This document shows positions 10,154-17,421 of a stretch of DNA of 64,000 bases, one piece after another. This stretch comes from Solirubrobacterales bacterium (lineage in GTDB: Bacteria; Actinomycetota; Thermoleophilia; Solirubrobacterales; 70-9). The DNA lies in assembly GCA_035693065.1 (NCBI GenBank), contig DASSHE010000015.1, positions 18,814 through 82,813 on the forward strand, in the 5' to 3' direction. Under the pieces are notes generated by a model. That model saw nothing but the letters and a program-made list of their open reading frames with translations, had not been told where the DNA came from and searched no databases. A program made the translations under genes and the position numbers. How positions within the stretch are numbered: position 1 is the stretch's first letter; every line of letters begins with the position of its first letter.

Positions 10154-10628
10154 GGGGCGGTTTGGCCAGGTCGCCCTCCAGACCCAACGCACGATAATGG
10201 TGGTTATGTGAACTCGTGGGGGATTCTGGGAGCGTCTCGGGCATGCACACCTCGATACAGCGCCATTGACCGTTCGGCCAAGTTATTCCGCCCCATTGAA
10301 GCAGGCCCGCCTCTTGCAGGTCGTCGAGGCAGCGCCGGACGCTCTTGGCGAAGCTGCTGAAGTCGCGCGCTTTGTCGCCAGTCACCGGGTACCCCAAGCC
10401 GGCGGCGGCCTGGGTCAGCGTGGCCCGAAAACGAGTGCCTTCGGCGAACGCCTTCCGGACACACCATCGGTACGCGCGGTCCCTGCTCTCCAAGCAGTCT
10501 CGCCGGAGCGTCCGGGGCTTGATCGCCTGTAGGGCCTCCGCGACTTCCTCCAGGCTCTGCGGTCGCCAATCGGCGCCGGTAGGGCTCTTACTATTAGTTA
10601 GCCGCTCGGGGGCTGATGCACCAGCCAT
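10131..10628 (-). CDS. hypothetical element-end protein (possible winged-helix-like DNA-binding protein); ORF reads through the attL repeat into host flank
   Basis: ATG at 10628. The last ~28 codons (..SSHNHHYRALG..) are encoded by the boundary repeat and host flank. No enzymatic motif recognised. Confidence 0.45.
   Translation of the reverse strand: MAGASAPERLTNSKSPTGADWRPQSLEEVAEALQAIKPRTLRRDCLESRDRAYRWCVRKAFAEGTRFRATLTQAAAGLGYPVTGDKARDFSSFAKSVRRCLDDLQEAGLLQWGGITWPNGQWRCIEVCMPETLPESPTSSHNHHYRALGLEGDLAKPPLRAPARR
10187..10214. repeat. left boundary repeat, dif-like (attL candidate): ACGCACGATAA-TGGTGG-TTATGTGAACT
   Basis: Shares the 12-nt core TGGTGGTTATGT plus GATAA and AACT with the copy at 26557-26585. 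The ATAA-N6-TTAT inner palindrome and TTATGTnAAcT arm resemble dif XerD-side arms. Confidence 0.6.
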
Positions 10629-10693
10629 CGGGCGGCATCTTTGTGTGACCGGCGGACGGAATCGCGCCAGGGGCGTTTAGGATCGCCCGCAGT

Positions 10694-11068
10694 ATGTGGA
10701 GGCTCTTCCAATTCGGGGTAGTCGCGGTGCTCGCGGGGGCATTAGGCGTAGCCGCGGGTTTTCACCTCCAAGACTCGCAAGGGTCCTCCGGGGCCACCAC
10801 CCGTGTCCTGAGCGGGAATAACGTTGCCCAGTACATCGACGATCGCCTGGGCCTCTCCTCTTTCTCGTCCCAGGACGGCGCGATCTGCCCCGAGCACATT
10901 CCCGCGATCAAGGGCAGGGTCGTCCACTGTCAGGTCGCTTACGAAGGCCACCAGGTGGGCGCCGAAGTGAAGGTCGTCAGCAAACTTGGCCTTGTGCGCC
11001 TTGTTGGCCTCTACGGGTGGACCGGGCCCGGGTGTTGGGAATACCTCCCGTGTTATGGCCGTCCCTGA
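10694..11068 (+). CDS. membrane-anchored DUF4333-like protein
   Basis: N-terminal TM is FGVVAVLAGALGVAAGF, followed by a Cys-containing beta domain (ICPEHIPAIKGRVVHCQV...EVKVV) resembling DUF4333. Confidence 0.5.
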   Translation: MWRLFQFGVVAVLAGALGVAAGFHLQDSQGSSGATTRVLSGNNVAQYIDDRLGLSSFSSQDGAICPEHIPAIKGRVVHCQVAYEGHQVGAEVKVVSKLGLVRLVGLYGWTGPGCWEYLPCYGRP

Positions 11069-11445
11069 AACCGCGCCGCCAGCTGCACCAACACCGGCTC
11101 CCGGCCGGCGCGTAGCTCGTCGATCGCCGCCATAGCGATCGCCTTCGCGAGCTCCTGGTCCGCGGTGTTCCACTGCTCGACCCGCTGCACCCCGCCGGGC
11201 ACCGGCTCGAACGCCTCCAGGCCGCGGCCGCGGAATTCGGCCCGGACCTCGAACGTCGCCCGCGGCGCTTCGCCGCCGCCGGTCAGCGGCCGCCCCACCG
11301 TCGTCGCCCCCTCCAGCGGCACGATCTCAACCTTCCACTGCGGGTCGCCCCCCGTGATCGAGAAGATCGCCTTGCCGCGGGTGACGCTGCCGCTGTAGCC
11401 GATCCGCGGGGTTGCCGCTGGATCAGCCCTTGGAATTGAGCCCAC
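11053..11445 (-). CDS. hypothetical protein (130 aa), last gene of the leftward operon
   Basis: GTG start overlaps the preceding small ORF. Composition looks coding. No motif recognised. Confidence 0.5.
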   Translation of the reverse strand: MGSIPRADPAATPRIGYSGSVTRGKAIFSITGGDPQWKVEIVPLEGATTVGRPLTGGGEAPRATFEVRAEFRGRGLEAFEPVPGGVQRVEQWNTADQELAKAIAMAAIDELRAGREPVLVQLAARFQGRP

Positions 11446-11602
11446 GTCGTCTCCCTCCCCAGGCGTCGAGGACGCCCCGGTTGTAGTCGTTCACCCGGCG
11501 ATAGGCCGCTTCGCGTCCCCGCCAGTAAGCGAGCAGCGGGATCACCATCAGCCACAGGAGCACCCGCAGGACCATCGATTTTTCGGCCGCCCCCGGGTTC
11601 AT
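11423..11602 (-). CDS. small membrane protein (59 aa, below the ORF-track cutoff)
   Basis: My own translation: MNPGAAEKSMVLRVLLWLMVIPLLAYWRGREAAYRRVNDYNRGVLDAWGG.... The ATG overlaps the upstream stop (ATGA at 11599-11602). One TM helix. Confidence 0.45.
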   Translation of the reverse strand: MNPGAAEKSMVLRVLLWLMVIPLLAYWRGREAAYRRVNDYNRGVLDAWGGRRRGLNSKG

Positions 11603-11844
11603 CGCTTCGCCGCTTCCTTCTCCTGTTCGCCGAGCTGCTGCAGCAGGTTCACCTCGGCGGCCGCCGCCGAGTAACCGATGTAGTGCAGCTCCTGGTAGCT
11701 ATTCCCCATGTACCAGCCGGGGCCTTGCCGGACGTGCCGCGGCGGTACGTGGTAGTAGGTGACGATCTCCGGCGGCTCCGCCAGCTGCTGGGCGAGGATG
11801 CGCAGCCGGGTGCCCCGTTCGCCTAGCCCCGGCACCGACCCCAC
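11599..11844 (-). CDS. hypothetical protein (81 aa) downstream of the ATPase
   Basis: Coding-like composition. Stop is coupled to the next ORF. Confidence 0.55.
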   Translation of the reverse strand: MGSVPGLGERGTRLRILAQQLAEPPEIVTYYHVPPRHVRQGPGWYMGNSYQELHYIGYSAAAAEVNLLQQLGEQEKEAAKR

Positions 11845-11879
11845 GTCCCTTTCCTGACTGGTGCTCCCACTGCCGACCT

Positions 11880-12560
11880 CTAGGCTGGCGTCTTTCGCTC
11901 AACGATGTTCTTCCGGCGCAGGTGCTCGGGAAGCGGCTTGCAGATGATCGGCTCCGAGTAGCCCTTGCGAAACCAGATGAAGGAGTGGGGTCCGTGCTCG
12001 GCCTGGGCCTGCTGCAGCATCTCCTGCAGCTGGCCCTTGGAGACCCCGATCCCGATCCTGGCGATCGCCAGGAGCTCGTCGTCGCCCTGCGGGGGCACGA
12101 CGACAAAGACGTGCTGGACCTCGGTCTTGCCGCGCACCGGCATTTCCACCGGCCGCTGGGATCCGCCCATGAACCCACACCCCCAGGCCCCGCCCTTGGA
12201 GATGTAGGCGGAGATGTTCGGCGGGGTCCGCTGCGCGCTGAAGTTGCACAGGTCCCCCATCTCGTGGGCGCAGATTGAGATCGGCCGTTTGCGTTCCCGC
12301 GCGATCGCGAAGACCGGCTCCATCTCCATCGGGTCGTCGGTCTGCGTGACGAGGTGGATGATCGGCGCGGTCCAGTCGATCGCCTCCACCGAATGCACGG
12401 GCTCGACCCCGGGGATCCCCCACTCCCCACCCTTGGTGTCGAGCAGGATGCGCTGACACCGAAGGGTGGAGAACAGGTGGTTCAACAGCTCGGACTTACC
12501 CGAGCGCGTTTCGCCCAGCACCAGCACCCGCTGGTGGTAGAGGATGCCGCCGCCGCTCAC
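11880..12560 (-). CDS. FtsK/HerA-superfamily P-loop ATPase (candidate genome-packaging ATPase, PRD1 P9 / A32-like)
   Basis: Size is 226 aa. Walker A is VLVLGETRSGKS and a Walker B-like motif is PISICAHEMGD. The GFMGGSQRPVEMP motif parallels LVLATQRPS in the host FtsK in this same window. Confidence 0.75.
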   Translation of the reverse strand: MSGGGILYHQRVLVLGETRSGKSELLNHLFSTLRCQRILLDTKGGEWGIPGVEPVHSVEAIDWTAPIIHLVTQTDDPMEMEPVFAIARERKRPISICAHEMGDLCNFSAQRTPPNISAYISKGGAWGCGFMGGSQRPVEMPVRGKTEVQHVFVVVPPQGDDELLAIARIGIGVSKGQLQEMLQQAQAEHGPHSFIWFRKGYSEPIICKPLPEHLRRKNIVERKTPA

Positions 12561-12688
12561 TCGGCACCCTCCACCTGGGACTCCCTAATCCGGGGTGCGG
12601 TCCCGGGCTGCCGACTGGCCGGCAATTTGCGGAGGGTGTTGATCCGGCTGAGCGGCCATCCCATTCTGGCAGGGTGCGTCGGCGACAT

Positions 12689-13033
12689 TCAGCCCTCCTG
12701 CTTCGGCGCCCGGCTCTCCGGGTCGATGGTCTCGGGTTCCAGGGCGATGAAGCTCTTCCCCGGGTCTTCCTCGAGCGCGGTCTTACCCGCGTCGAGGACG
12801 TCGCCGTCGAGCTCGAAGTGGAGCTCGTCGCGCTCGCGCTCGACCTCGGCCAGGTGCTCCAGTACCGCCTCCACCCTCTGGCCTTGGCGATCGCGGATCC
12901 GCTCGGCCCGCTCCTCGGCCCGGCGGATCCTCTTCGCCGCGCGGCGTTCGCCGGCGAGGATCAGGATCCCCGCGACCGCGACCGCCAGGTAGGCCAGGGT
13001 GAACTCGCCGGGTGCCTCTCCCCCGGGCTTCAC
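12689..13033 (-). CDS. membrane-anchored coiled-coil protein (114 aa)
   Basis: GTG at 13033 overlaps the upstream stop (GTGA). TM is FTLAYLAVAVAGILILAG, followed by a charged helical region RRAEERAERIRDRQGQRVEAVLEHLAEVERERDEL. Confidence 0.5.
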   Translation of the reverse strand: MKPGGEAPGEFTLAYLAVAVAGILILAGERRAAKRIRRAEERAERIRDRQGQRVEAVLEHLAEVERERDELHFELDGDVLDAGKTALEEDPGKSFIALEPETIDPESRAPKQEG

Positions 13034-13317
13034 GCGACGCCCTCGACCTTGTACTCGTGGAGGATTTCGAGCTCGGCAAGGGCGCCCGAAAGGCAGTCGG
13101 TGATGGCTGGGTCGTCGGTGTCGCTGTAGAGGCTCAGCAGCCACCTGACGATCCCGAGCAGCTGCGCGTCGAGCTCCTCCGGCGTGTCGGGGATCAGCGC
13201 CGAGAGCATCGGCTTGGCCATCCCGAGCATCTGCAGCATCCGCGCCGTCTGCTCGTCCTCCGGCTGCACTCCCTCGGCGCCCGCGAGCGCCTGGTCCAGC
13301 TTCTCCAGTGAGTTCAT
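13030..13317 (-). CDS. acidic hypothetical protein (95 aa)
   Basis: Internal ATG (MNSLEKLDQ...) at 13317 follows an AAGGAC ribosome-binding site. The listed longer N-terminus is Arg/Pro-rich and overlaps the upstream gene. Confidence 0.55.
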   Translation of the reverse strand: MNSLEKLDQALAGAEGVQPEDEQTARMLQMLGMAKPMLSALIPDTPEELDAQLLGIVRWLLSLYSDTDDPAITDCLSGALAELEILHEYKVEGVA

Positions 13318-13330
13318 CGTGTCCTTTCGC

Positions 13331-13945
13331 TTAGCTGATCTGCCACTCGACGCCGCCCGGTTCCCCGTGGGGTCCGGGCTCCGGCGGTCCTGCGCCGGGC
13401 GGGGCCTTGACCCCGGTGATCGGCACCTCTTCCTCGGCTTGCGCTCGAAGCACTTCGGCCCGTTCCCGGGTGCTGCGCACCCCGTAGGCCCCAAGCCCCA
13501 GGGCGAGGGCTACCGGGTCGCCCATCGCCGCGGCCGCGGCCGTCGCCGGGTAGCGGTTCAAGATCCGCGTCAGCGGACCGCCGATCGCTTTGAGGTCAGC
13601 CTGCGTGTGCAGCCAGTCCTGGTCGGCGACGCCGATCGCGCCGTGGAGCAGCTGCCCCTGCACGTCCAGCAGGTCCTGCACGGTGCCCTCCTCCCAGGCG
13701 ATCTCGGGCGTAGGCAAAGCATGAATGTCAGCTTGAGGCTGAGGCTCGGGGCCTGGCGGCGCCTGCTCGGCGTCGAAGGCAGGCCCGGGCTCGGCGATGA
13801 ACGGGCTACCCAGCGGCGAGGGCGTCGCGGACGCCGTCCCAGAAGCCGCCACCGGCTCCTCCCCGGCGTTGATCGCCGCCGCCTCGCGCGGGCTCGGGGT
13901 TCCCGCCTCCGTCGTCGGCTGGTCCGGTTGGCTCGGGTCGTTCAT
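13331..13945 (-). CDS. hypothetical protein with Pro/Ala/Glu-rich N-terminus (204 aa)
   Basis: ATG (MNDPSQ...) at 13945 is preceded by GAGGAAG. The C-terminal half looks globular (VQDLLDVQGQLLHGAIGVADQDWLH...). Confidence 0.55.
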   Translation of the reverse strand: MNDPSQPDQPTTEAGTPSPREAAAINAGEEPVAASGTASATPSPLGSPFIAEPGPAFDAEQAPPGPEPQPQADIHALPTPEIAWEEGTVQDLLDVQGQLLHGAIGVADQDWLHTQADLKAIGGPLTRILNRYPATAAAAAMGDPVALALGLGAYGVRSTRERAEVLRAQAEEEVPITGVKAPPGAGPPEPGPHGEPGGVEWQIS

Positions 13946-14183
13946 CGGCTTCCTCTCGCGTCGGGGTCGGGGCGGGCGGCTCAGGCGCATCGCCGTAATC
14001 GAGAACGGTGGGTCCCTGCCCGGGCACATGCCCTGGCTCGGCCCCGCTGTGCCCGGGCACGTGCCCGGGCTCGGGGGCGGCTTTGCCAGGGCTCAGCAGT
14101 TGCTCGGCCTGCTTGCGGCGCCCGGCTGCCAGGGCTTCAAGCTGGCGCTGGCGCTTCTCGGGGTCGTTGCTGAGCCCTGGCAT
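13806..14183 (-). CDS. hypothetical first ORF of the leftward operon (125 aa), overlapping the next gene in another frame
   Basis: MPGLSNDPEKRQRQLEALAAGRRKQAEQLL... contains an EPGHVPG duplication. Its last ~140 nt overlap CDS 13331..13945, so the true extent is uncertain. Confidence 0.35.
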   Translation of the reverse strand: MPGLSNDPEKRQRQLEALAAGRRKQAEQLLSPGKAAPEPGHVPGHSGAEPGHVPGQGPTVLDYGDAPEPPAPTPTREEADERPEPTGPADDGGGNPEPARGGGDQRRGGAGGGFWDGVRDALAAG

Positions 14184-14438
14184 TGCCGGGGCATCCTGCT
14201 GTGCCCGGGTGGTCCTGGGAACCCGGGGAGACCCCTACCCACCCCTCCCCTGGTCCGGGGCCTCCCCCCGCCTCCCCATCTTCCGATACGGCCGCGCCGC
14301 CCCCAGGCTTGCCCTCTCCTCCCGGGGCGCCGCGAACCGCGACACAGCGAAAGCAGGCGCCCCGGGCACCCAACTTCCCCCCGTCGGCTCGGAAAGGACC
14401 ACGTTTTGAAGCTCGCAGGCGTCACCGCCACCCAGTTC

Positions 14439-14540
14439 ATGAAGACGGGGCTGATCGCCCTCCTCTTCATCCTCCTGTTCAAGTTCGTGGCGGCGAAGTC
14501 GAACATCGCCGGCCTGCAGAGCGTGGCGGGGGCGGTCTGA
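14439..14540 (+). CDS. small membrane protein (33 aa) immediately upstream of the capsid-protein candidate
   Basis: MKTGLIALLFILLFKFVAAKSNIAGLQSVAGAV. The stop overlaps the next ATG (TGATG at 14538-14542). Confidence 0.45.
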   Translation: MKTGLIALLFILLFKFVAAKSNIAGLQSVAGAV

Positions 14541-15823
14541 TGCGCGCCGAGCTCCTCGACAACCCCGTCAAGCGGATGCCCCAGAGCTTCCGCTTCACCG
14601 GCGAGCTCCGTGAGGCGTTCCGCGCCCGCGGCATCGACCTGGCCGACAGCGAGGCCGTCGCCGGCCTGATCGATCGCGGCCTCGGCCCGATCTCCGGCGG
14701 CGCGACCGGCATGGACGGCGCCGCCTTCATGCACAACCTCCCGCCCGAGGGCACCTTCGAAATGAACTCCGATCTGTTCTTCGCGCAGACGGAGCGAAAC
14801 GACGTGCCCCAGGGTCAGGTGGCCTTCCCCGGCCTCGGCGGTGCGCCATTCGACGTGCGGCTCTCCAACGTCGGCGTCCTGGCGAGCATCAAGATCATCT
14901 TCGAAGGCTCGCTCGTCGTCGCCGGCGGCGGCACCTGCACGGCCACCTACCAGTGGCCGTGGAACACGATGAAGCGCTTCTCGCTGTCGGCCAACGGGCA
15001 GACCTCCCTGCTCTCGGCCGAGGGCATGGACCTGCGGGCGCGCAACCAGCGGATCTACCGCAACCCGCGCGACCCCATGACCACGGCCACCCAGACCGAC
15101 GGCGTCTTCGGCGACCCCCAGGCCGGGGTGATCGCCAACGGCACCTACCCGATCCAGCTGATCTACGAGGTGCCGATCATCCACGACTGGTACACCCTGA
15201 CCGGCGCCCTGTTCGCACAGTCCGACCAGATCTACCTGGGCTGGCGCTTCACGCCGGCGGCGACCGCCGAACTGTTCACCCTCACCGGCGGCTCGACGGC
15301 GACGCTGACCGGGACGGTCAAGAGCACGACCACGTTCTTCGACGTCCCCTACGCCGACGTCCAGGGCGGGCGCAAAGTGCTGATCCCCGACCTGCAGTGG
15401 CTGCACGGGTTCGTCGGCTCGGATCTGCCTTTCGCCAACACCGGCGACGTCAAAGCGCCGTTCATCCGCACCAGCGGCGAGCTCCTGGCCTACTACTCCT
15501 ACCTCGACAACGGCGGCGCCGCGGTGATCGACCCCACGGCGCTCTCCGAGATCCGCTTCGAGTACGGAGGCAACCGCAAGCCGAGGGTCCACAACCCGCC
15601 GACCACGCTCCTCGACAAGAACGTCAAGGACTACAACGGCCGCATCCTGCCCAAAGCCGGCTACTCGGTCTTCGACTTCGAGTCCGACAACCCGAGCCGC
15701 GACCTGGTCTTCCCGAAGGGGGTGACGGAGCTGCAGACGGTGTTCGGGATCCCCGCGGGGACGACGATCAACGCCAACGCTCACGTCCACTTCGTGGAGG
15801 AGGCCCTGTTCGCAGGGCGCTGA
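14540..15823 (+). CDS. candidate double jelly-roll major capsid protein (PRD1 P3-like), 427 aa
   Basis: Internal ATG of listed ORF 14183..15823. No TM segments and beta-rich. Motifs FDVRLSNVGV, YEVPIIHDWYTLTGALFAQ, YSYLDNGGAAV and LPKAGYSVFDFESDNP run collinear (offset of roughly 40-50 residues) with PRD1 P3 FDVTPANVGI, YWVPLAYSETDLTGAVLAN, FDNGGS and FPKGVYYCDNRDKP, as recalled from memory. Confidence 0.65.
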   Translation: MRAELLDNPVKRMPQSFRFTGELREAFRARGIDLADSEAVAGLIDRGLGPISGGATGMDGAAFMHNLPPEGTFEMNSDLFFAQTERNDVPQGQVAFPGLGGAPFDVRLSNVGVLASIKIIFEGSLVVAGGGTCTATYQWPWNTMKRFSLSANGQTSLLSAEGMDLRARNQRIYRNPRDPMTTATQTDGVFGDPQAGVIANGTYPIQLIYEVPIIHDWYTLTGALFAQSDQIYLGWRFTPAATAELFTLTGGSTATLTGTVKSTTTFFDVPYADVQGGRKVLIPDLQWLHGFVGSDLPFANTGDVKAPFIRTSGELLAYYSYLDNGGAAVIDPTALSEIRFEYGGNRKPRVHNPPTTLLDKNVKDYNGRILPKAGYSVFDFESDNPSRDLVFPKGVTELQTVFGIPAGTTINANAHVHFVEEALFAGR

Positions 15824-15824
15824 G

Positions 15825-16232
15825 ATGGCGACCGGCAGAGCAACGGGTCGCGGCGGCGGCGTCCTCTCAGAGGCCGACGTCCGCGGCGGCGGCGAAATGG
15901 AGTGGGGCAACCTGATCGGCATCCACCCCGACCACCCGCTGGTAGCGGGCTCGGGGCCGGGCTCCTACTCGGGGGCGATCGTCAACGAGAACAGCCGGAT
16001 CGTCACCACCCCGGCCGGGCTGGCCGGGCCGGCGGGCGGCGTGATCGCGACGCCCGAAGGGGTCAGCCTGCGTCACCTCGACGACTGGCGCGACGTCTTC
16101 AACTTCAAAGGAAGCCCGGCGCCCTGGCTGCTGCTGGTGATCCTCGGCGTCGTCTTCTTCGCCCACGCCTCGGTGCGGGCTCGAGCCGGCGCCTTCGGCA
16201 AGAGCGCGAGCGCCCGCGCGGCCTTCGGCTAG
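15825..16232 (+). CDS. virion-module protein with C-terminal TM anchor (135 aa)
   Basis: Starts 2 nt after the capsid-candidate stop. C-terminal TM is PWLLLVILGVVFFAHA. Confidence 0.6.
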   Translation: MATGRATGRGGGVLSEADVRGGGEMEWGNLIGIHPDHPLVAGSGPGSYSGAIVNENSRIVTTPAGLAGPAGGVIATPEGVSLRHLDDWRDVFNFKGSPAPWLLLVILGVVFFAHASVRARAGAFGKSASARAAFG

Positions 16233-16240
16233 GGGGTCGC

Positions 16241-16366
16241 GTGGAAGCGCTCGCCCAGCTGCTGATCGGGATCGGGTTCATCGCGATCTTCATCAACTAC
16301 ATGAAGAACGGCCCCGAGGGCGTCAAGACCTGGTGGCGCGCGAAGTTCAAGGGGCAGACGGCCTGA
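16241..16366 (+). CDS. small membrane protein (41 aa)
   Basis: GTG follows AGGGGG. VEALAQLLIGIGFIAIFINYMKNGPEGVKTWWRAKFKGQTA. The stop overlaps the next ATG. Confidence 0.5.
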   Translation: MEALAQLLIGIGFIAIFINYMKNGPEGVKTWWRAKFKGQTA

Positions 16367-16473
16367 TGGCGGTCGGGATACTCCTCGCGCTGGTCGGCTT
16401 CTGGGTCGTCATGCGCACGGTCAACCGCGACTCCAGCGGCAGGACGCTGGTGAATCGGATTCTGCCCGCATGA
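16366..16473 (+). CDS. small membrane protein (35 aa)
   Basis: MAVGILLALVGFWVVMRTVNRDSSGRTLVNRILPA. Overlapping stop/start codons on both sides (TGATG upstream at 16364-16368, ATGA downstream at 16470-16473). Confidence 0.5.
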   Translation: MAVGILLALVGFWVVMRTVNRDSSGRTLVNRILPA

Positions 16474-17258
16474 CCGTCGTCGACCAGGCGGAGAACGTGG
16501 GCGGCGTCGTCTCGGCCGCGCGCCTGCGCGAGAGCTTCATGCGCCGCCGGGCGAACGCCTCCAACGAGGAGGAGCGCGAGGCCCTGGGCGACGCGATCGG
16601 CACGATCGAGGTCCGCTTCCCCGAGCTCGAGGACCTGCCCGCCGGCGGCGCCGAGCGCTTCGCCCGCGAGCGCGGCCACGGCAAAGGCGCCCGCAGCCCC
16701 AGCCACGAGGGCCGACAGCGCCACCGCCCGCCGGTCAAGCAGAAGCCGAAAGCGAAAGCCAAACCGCGGCCCAAGGCCGGGGGCGGTAAGACCGCGAGCT
16801 CGACGAAGCGCAGCCAGAGCTCCCGCACCAGTGCCCGCCGCTCCACGCGGGTCGAAGACCGGATCCGCAGCCGCGGCCGCCGCGCCTACACCGAAACCGG
16901 GATCCCCGCCGCCGGCGCCTCGGTCTCGCGGATCGCGATGAGCGCCCTCGGCGCCACCGTCGGCCTCGCGGCGGTCTACCTGCTGCTGACCTCGGCCGAG
17001 CGCCACGCCGGCAAGGAACCACCGCTGCTCGGTCTCCTGGTCGCCGTGACCGGCTTCCTGCGGCGGATCGTCGCGCCCGTTGACTTCTTCGGCCCCCAGA
17101 TGACGCAGCTGAACTACGCCAAGGCGATCGCCAACCCGACCGAAGCGGCCGCGATCGCCGTCAAGCACCCCACCAAGCTCCAGCCGCTTGGGGTGAAGCC
17201 GGCCGAGATCGGCATCTCCCCCACCCCCCGCCCCCGCGTCACTCACAAGAGGAGGTGA
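16470..17258 (+). CDS. membrane protein with Lys/Arg-rich central region (262 aa)
   Basis: Basic tract is KQKPKAKAKPRPKAGGGK. Two TM helices: IAMSALGATVGLAAVYLLL and LLGLLVAVTGFL. Confidence 0.65.
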   Translation: MTVVDQAENVGGVVSAARLRESFMRRRANASNEEEREALGDAIGTIEVRFPELEDLPAGGAERFARERGHGKGARSPSHEGRQRHRPPVKQKPKAKAKPRPKAGGGKTASSTKRSQSSRTSARRSTRVEDRIRSRGRRAYTETGIPAAGASVSRIAMSALGATVGLAAVYLLLTSAERHAGKEPPLLGLLVAVTGFLRRIVAPVDFFGPQMTQLNYAKAIANPTEAAAIAVKHPTKLQPLGVKPAEIGISPTPRPRVTHKRR

Positions 17259-17262
17259 CACC

Positions 17263-17414
17263 TTGAAGACCATCACCAAAGAGCTCGTCGGCATGACCGT
17301 GCTGCTCGTCCTGGCCTACCTGGTGCTCGTTCACTTCACGGGCTTTTCCCGTGATGTCGGAGCGCTCGGCTCGGCCTGGGTCAACGTCACGAAGACTTTC
17401 CAGGGCCGCGGGTA
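17263..17414 (+). CDS. small membrane protein (50 aa)
   Basis: TTG start follows AGGAGG. LKTITKELVGMTVLLVLAYLVLVHFTGFSRDVG.... Confidence 0.5.
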
Positions 17415-17421
17415 GGAATCG

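Noticed and set aside
10154-10215. tRNA or tmRNA gene as integration target at the left boundary.
   Set aside because: I found no cloverleaf-capable sequence or T-loop (GGTTCGAATCC-like) motif at either boundary. The repeats look dif-like instead.
12557-12664. 35-aa ORF (MGWPLSRINTLRKLPASRQ...) whose stop overlaps the ATPase GTG start.
   Set aside because: Possible, since it shows translational coupling. However, it is short, basic, has no TM or motif and no clear ribosome-binding site, so I did not list it as a feature.
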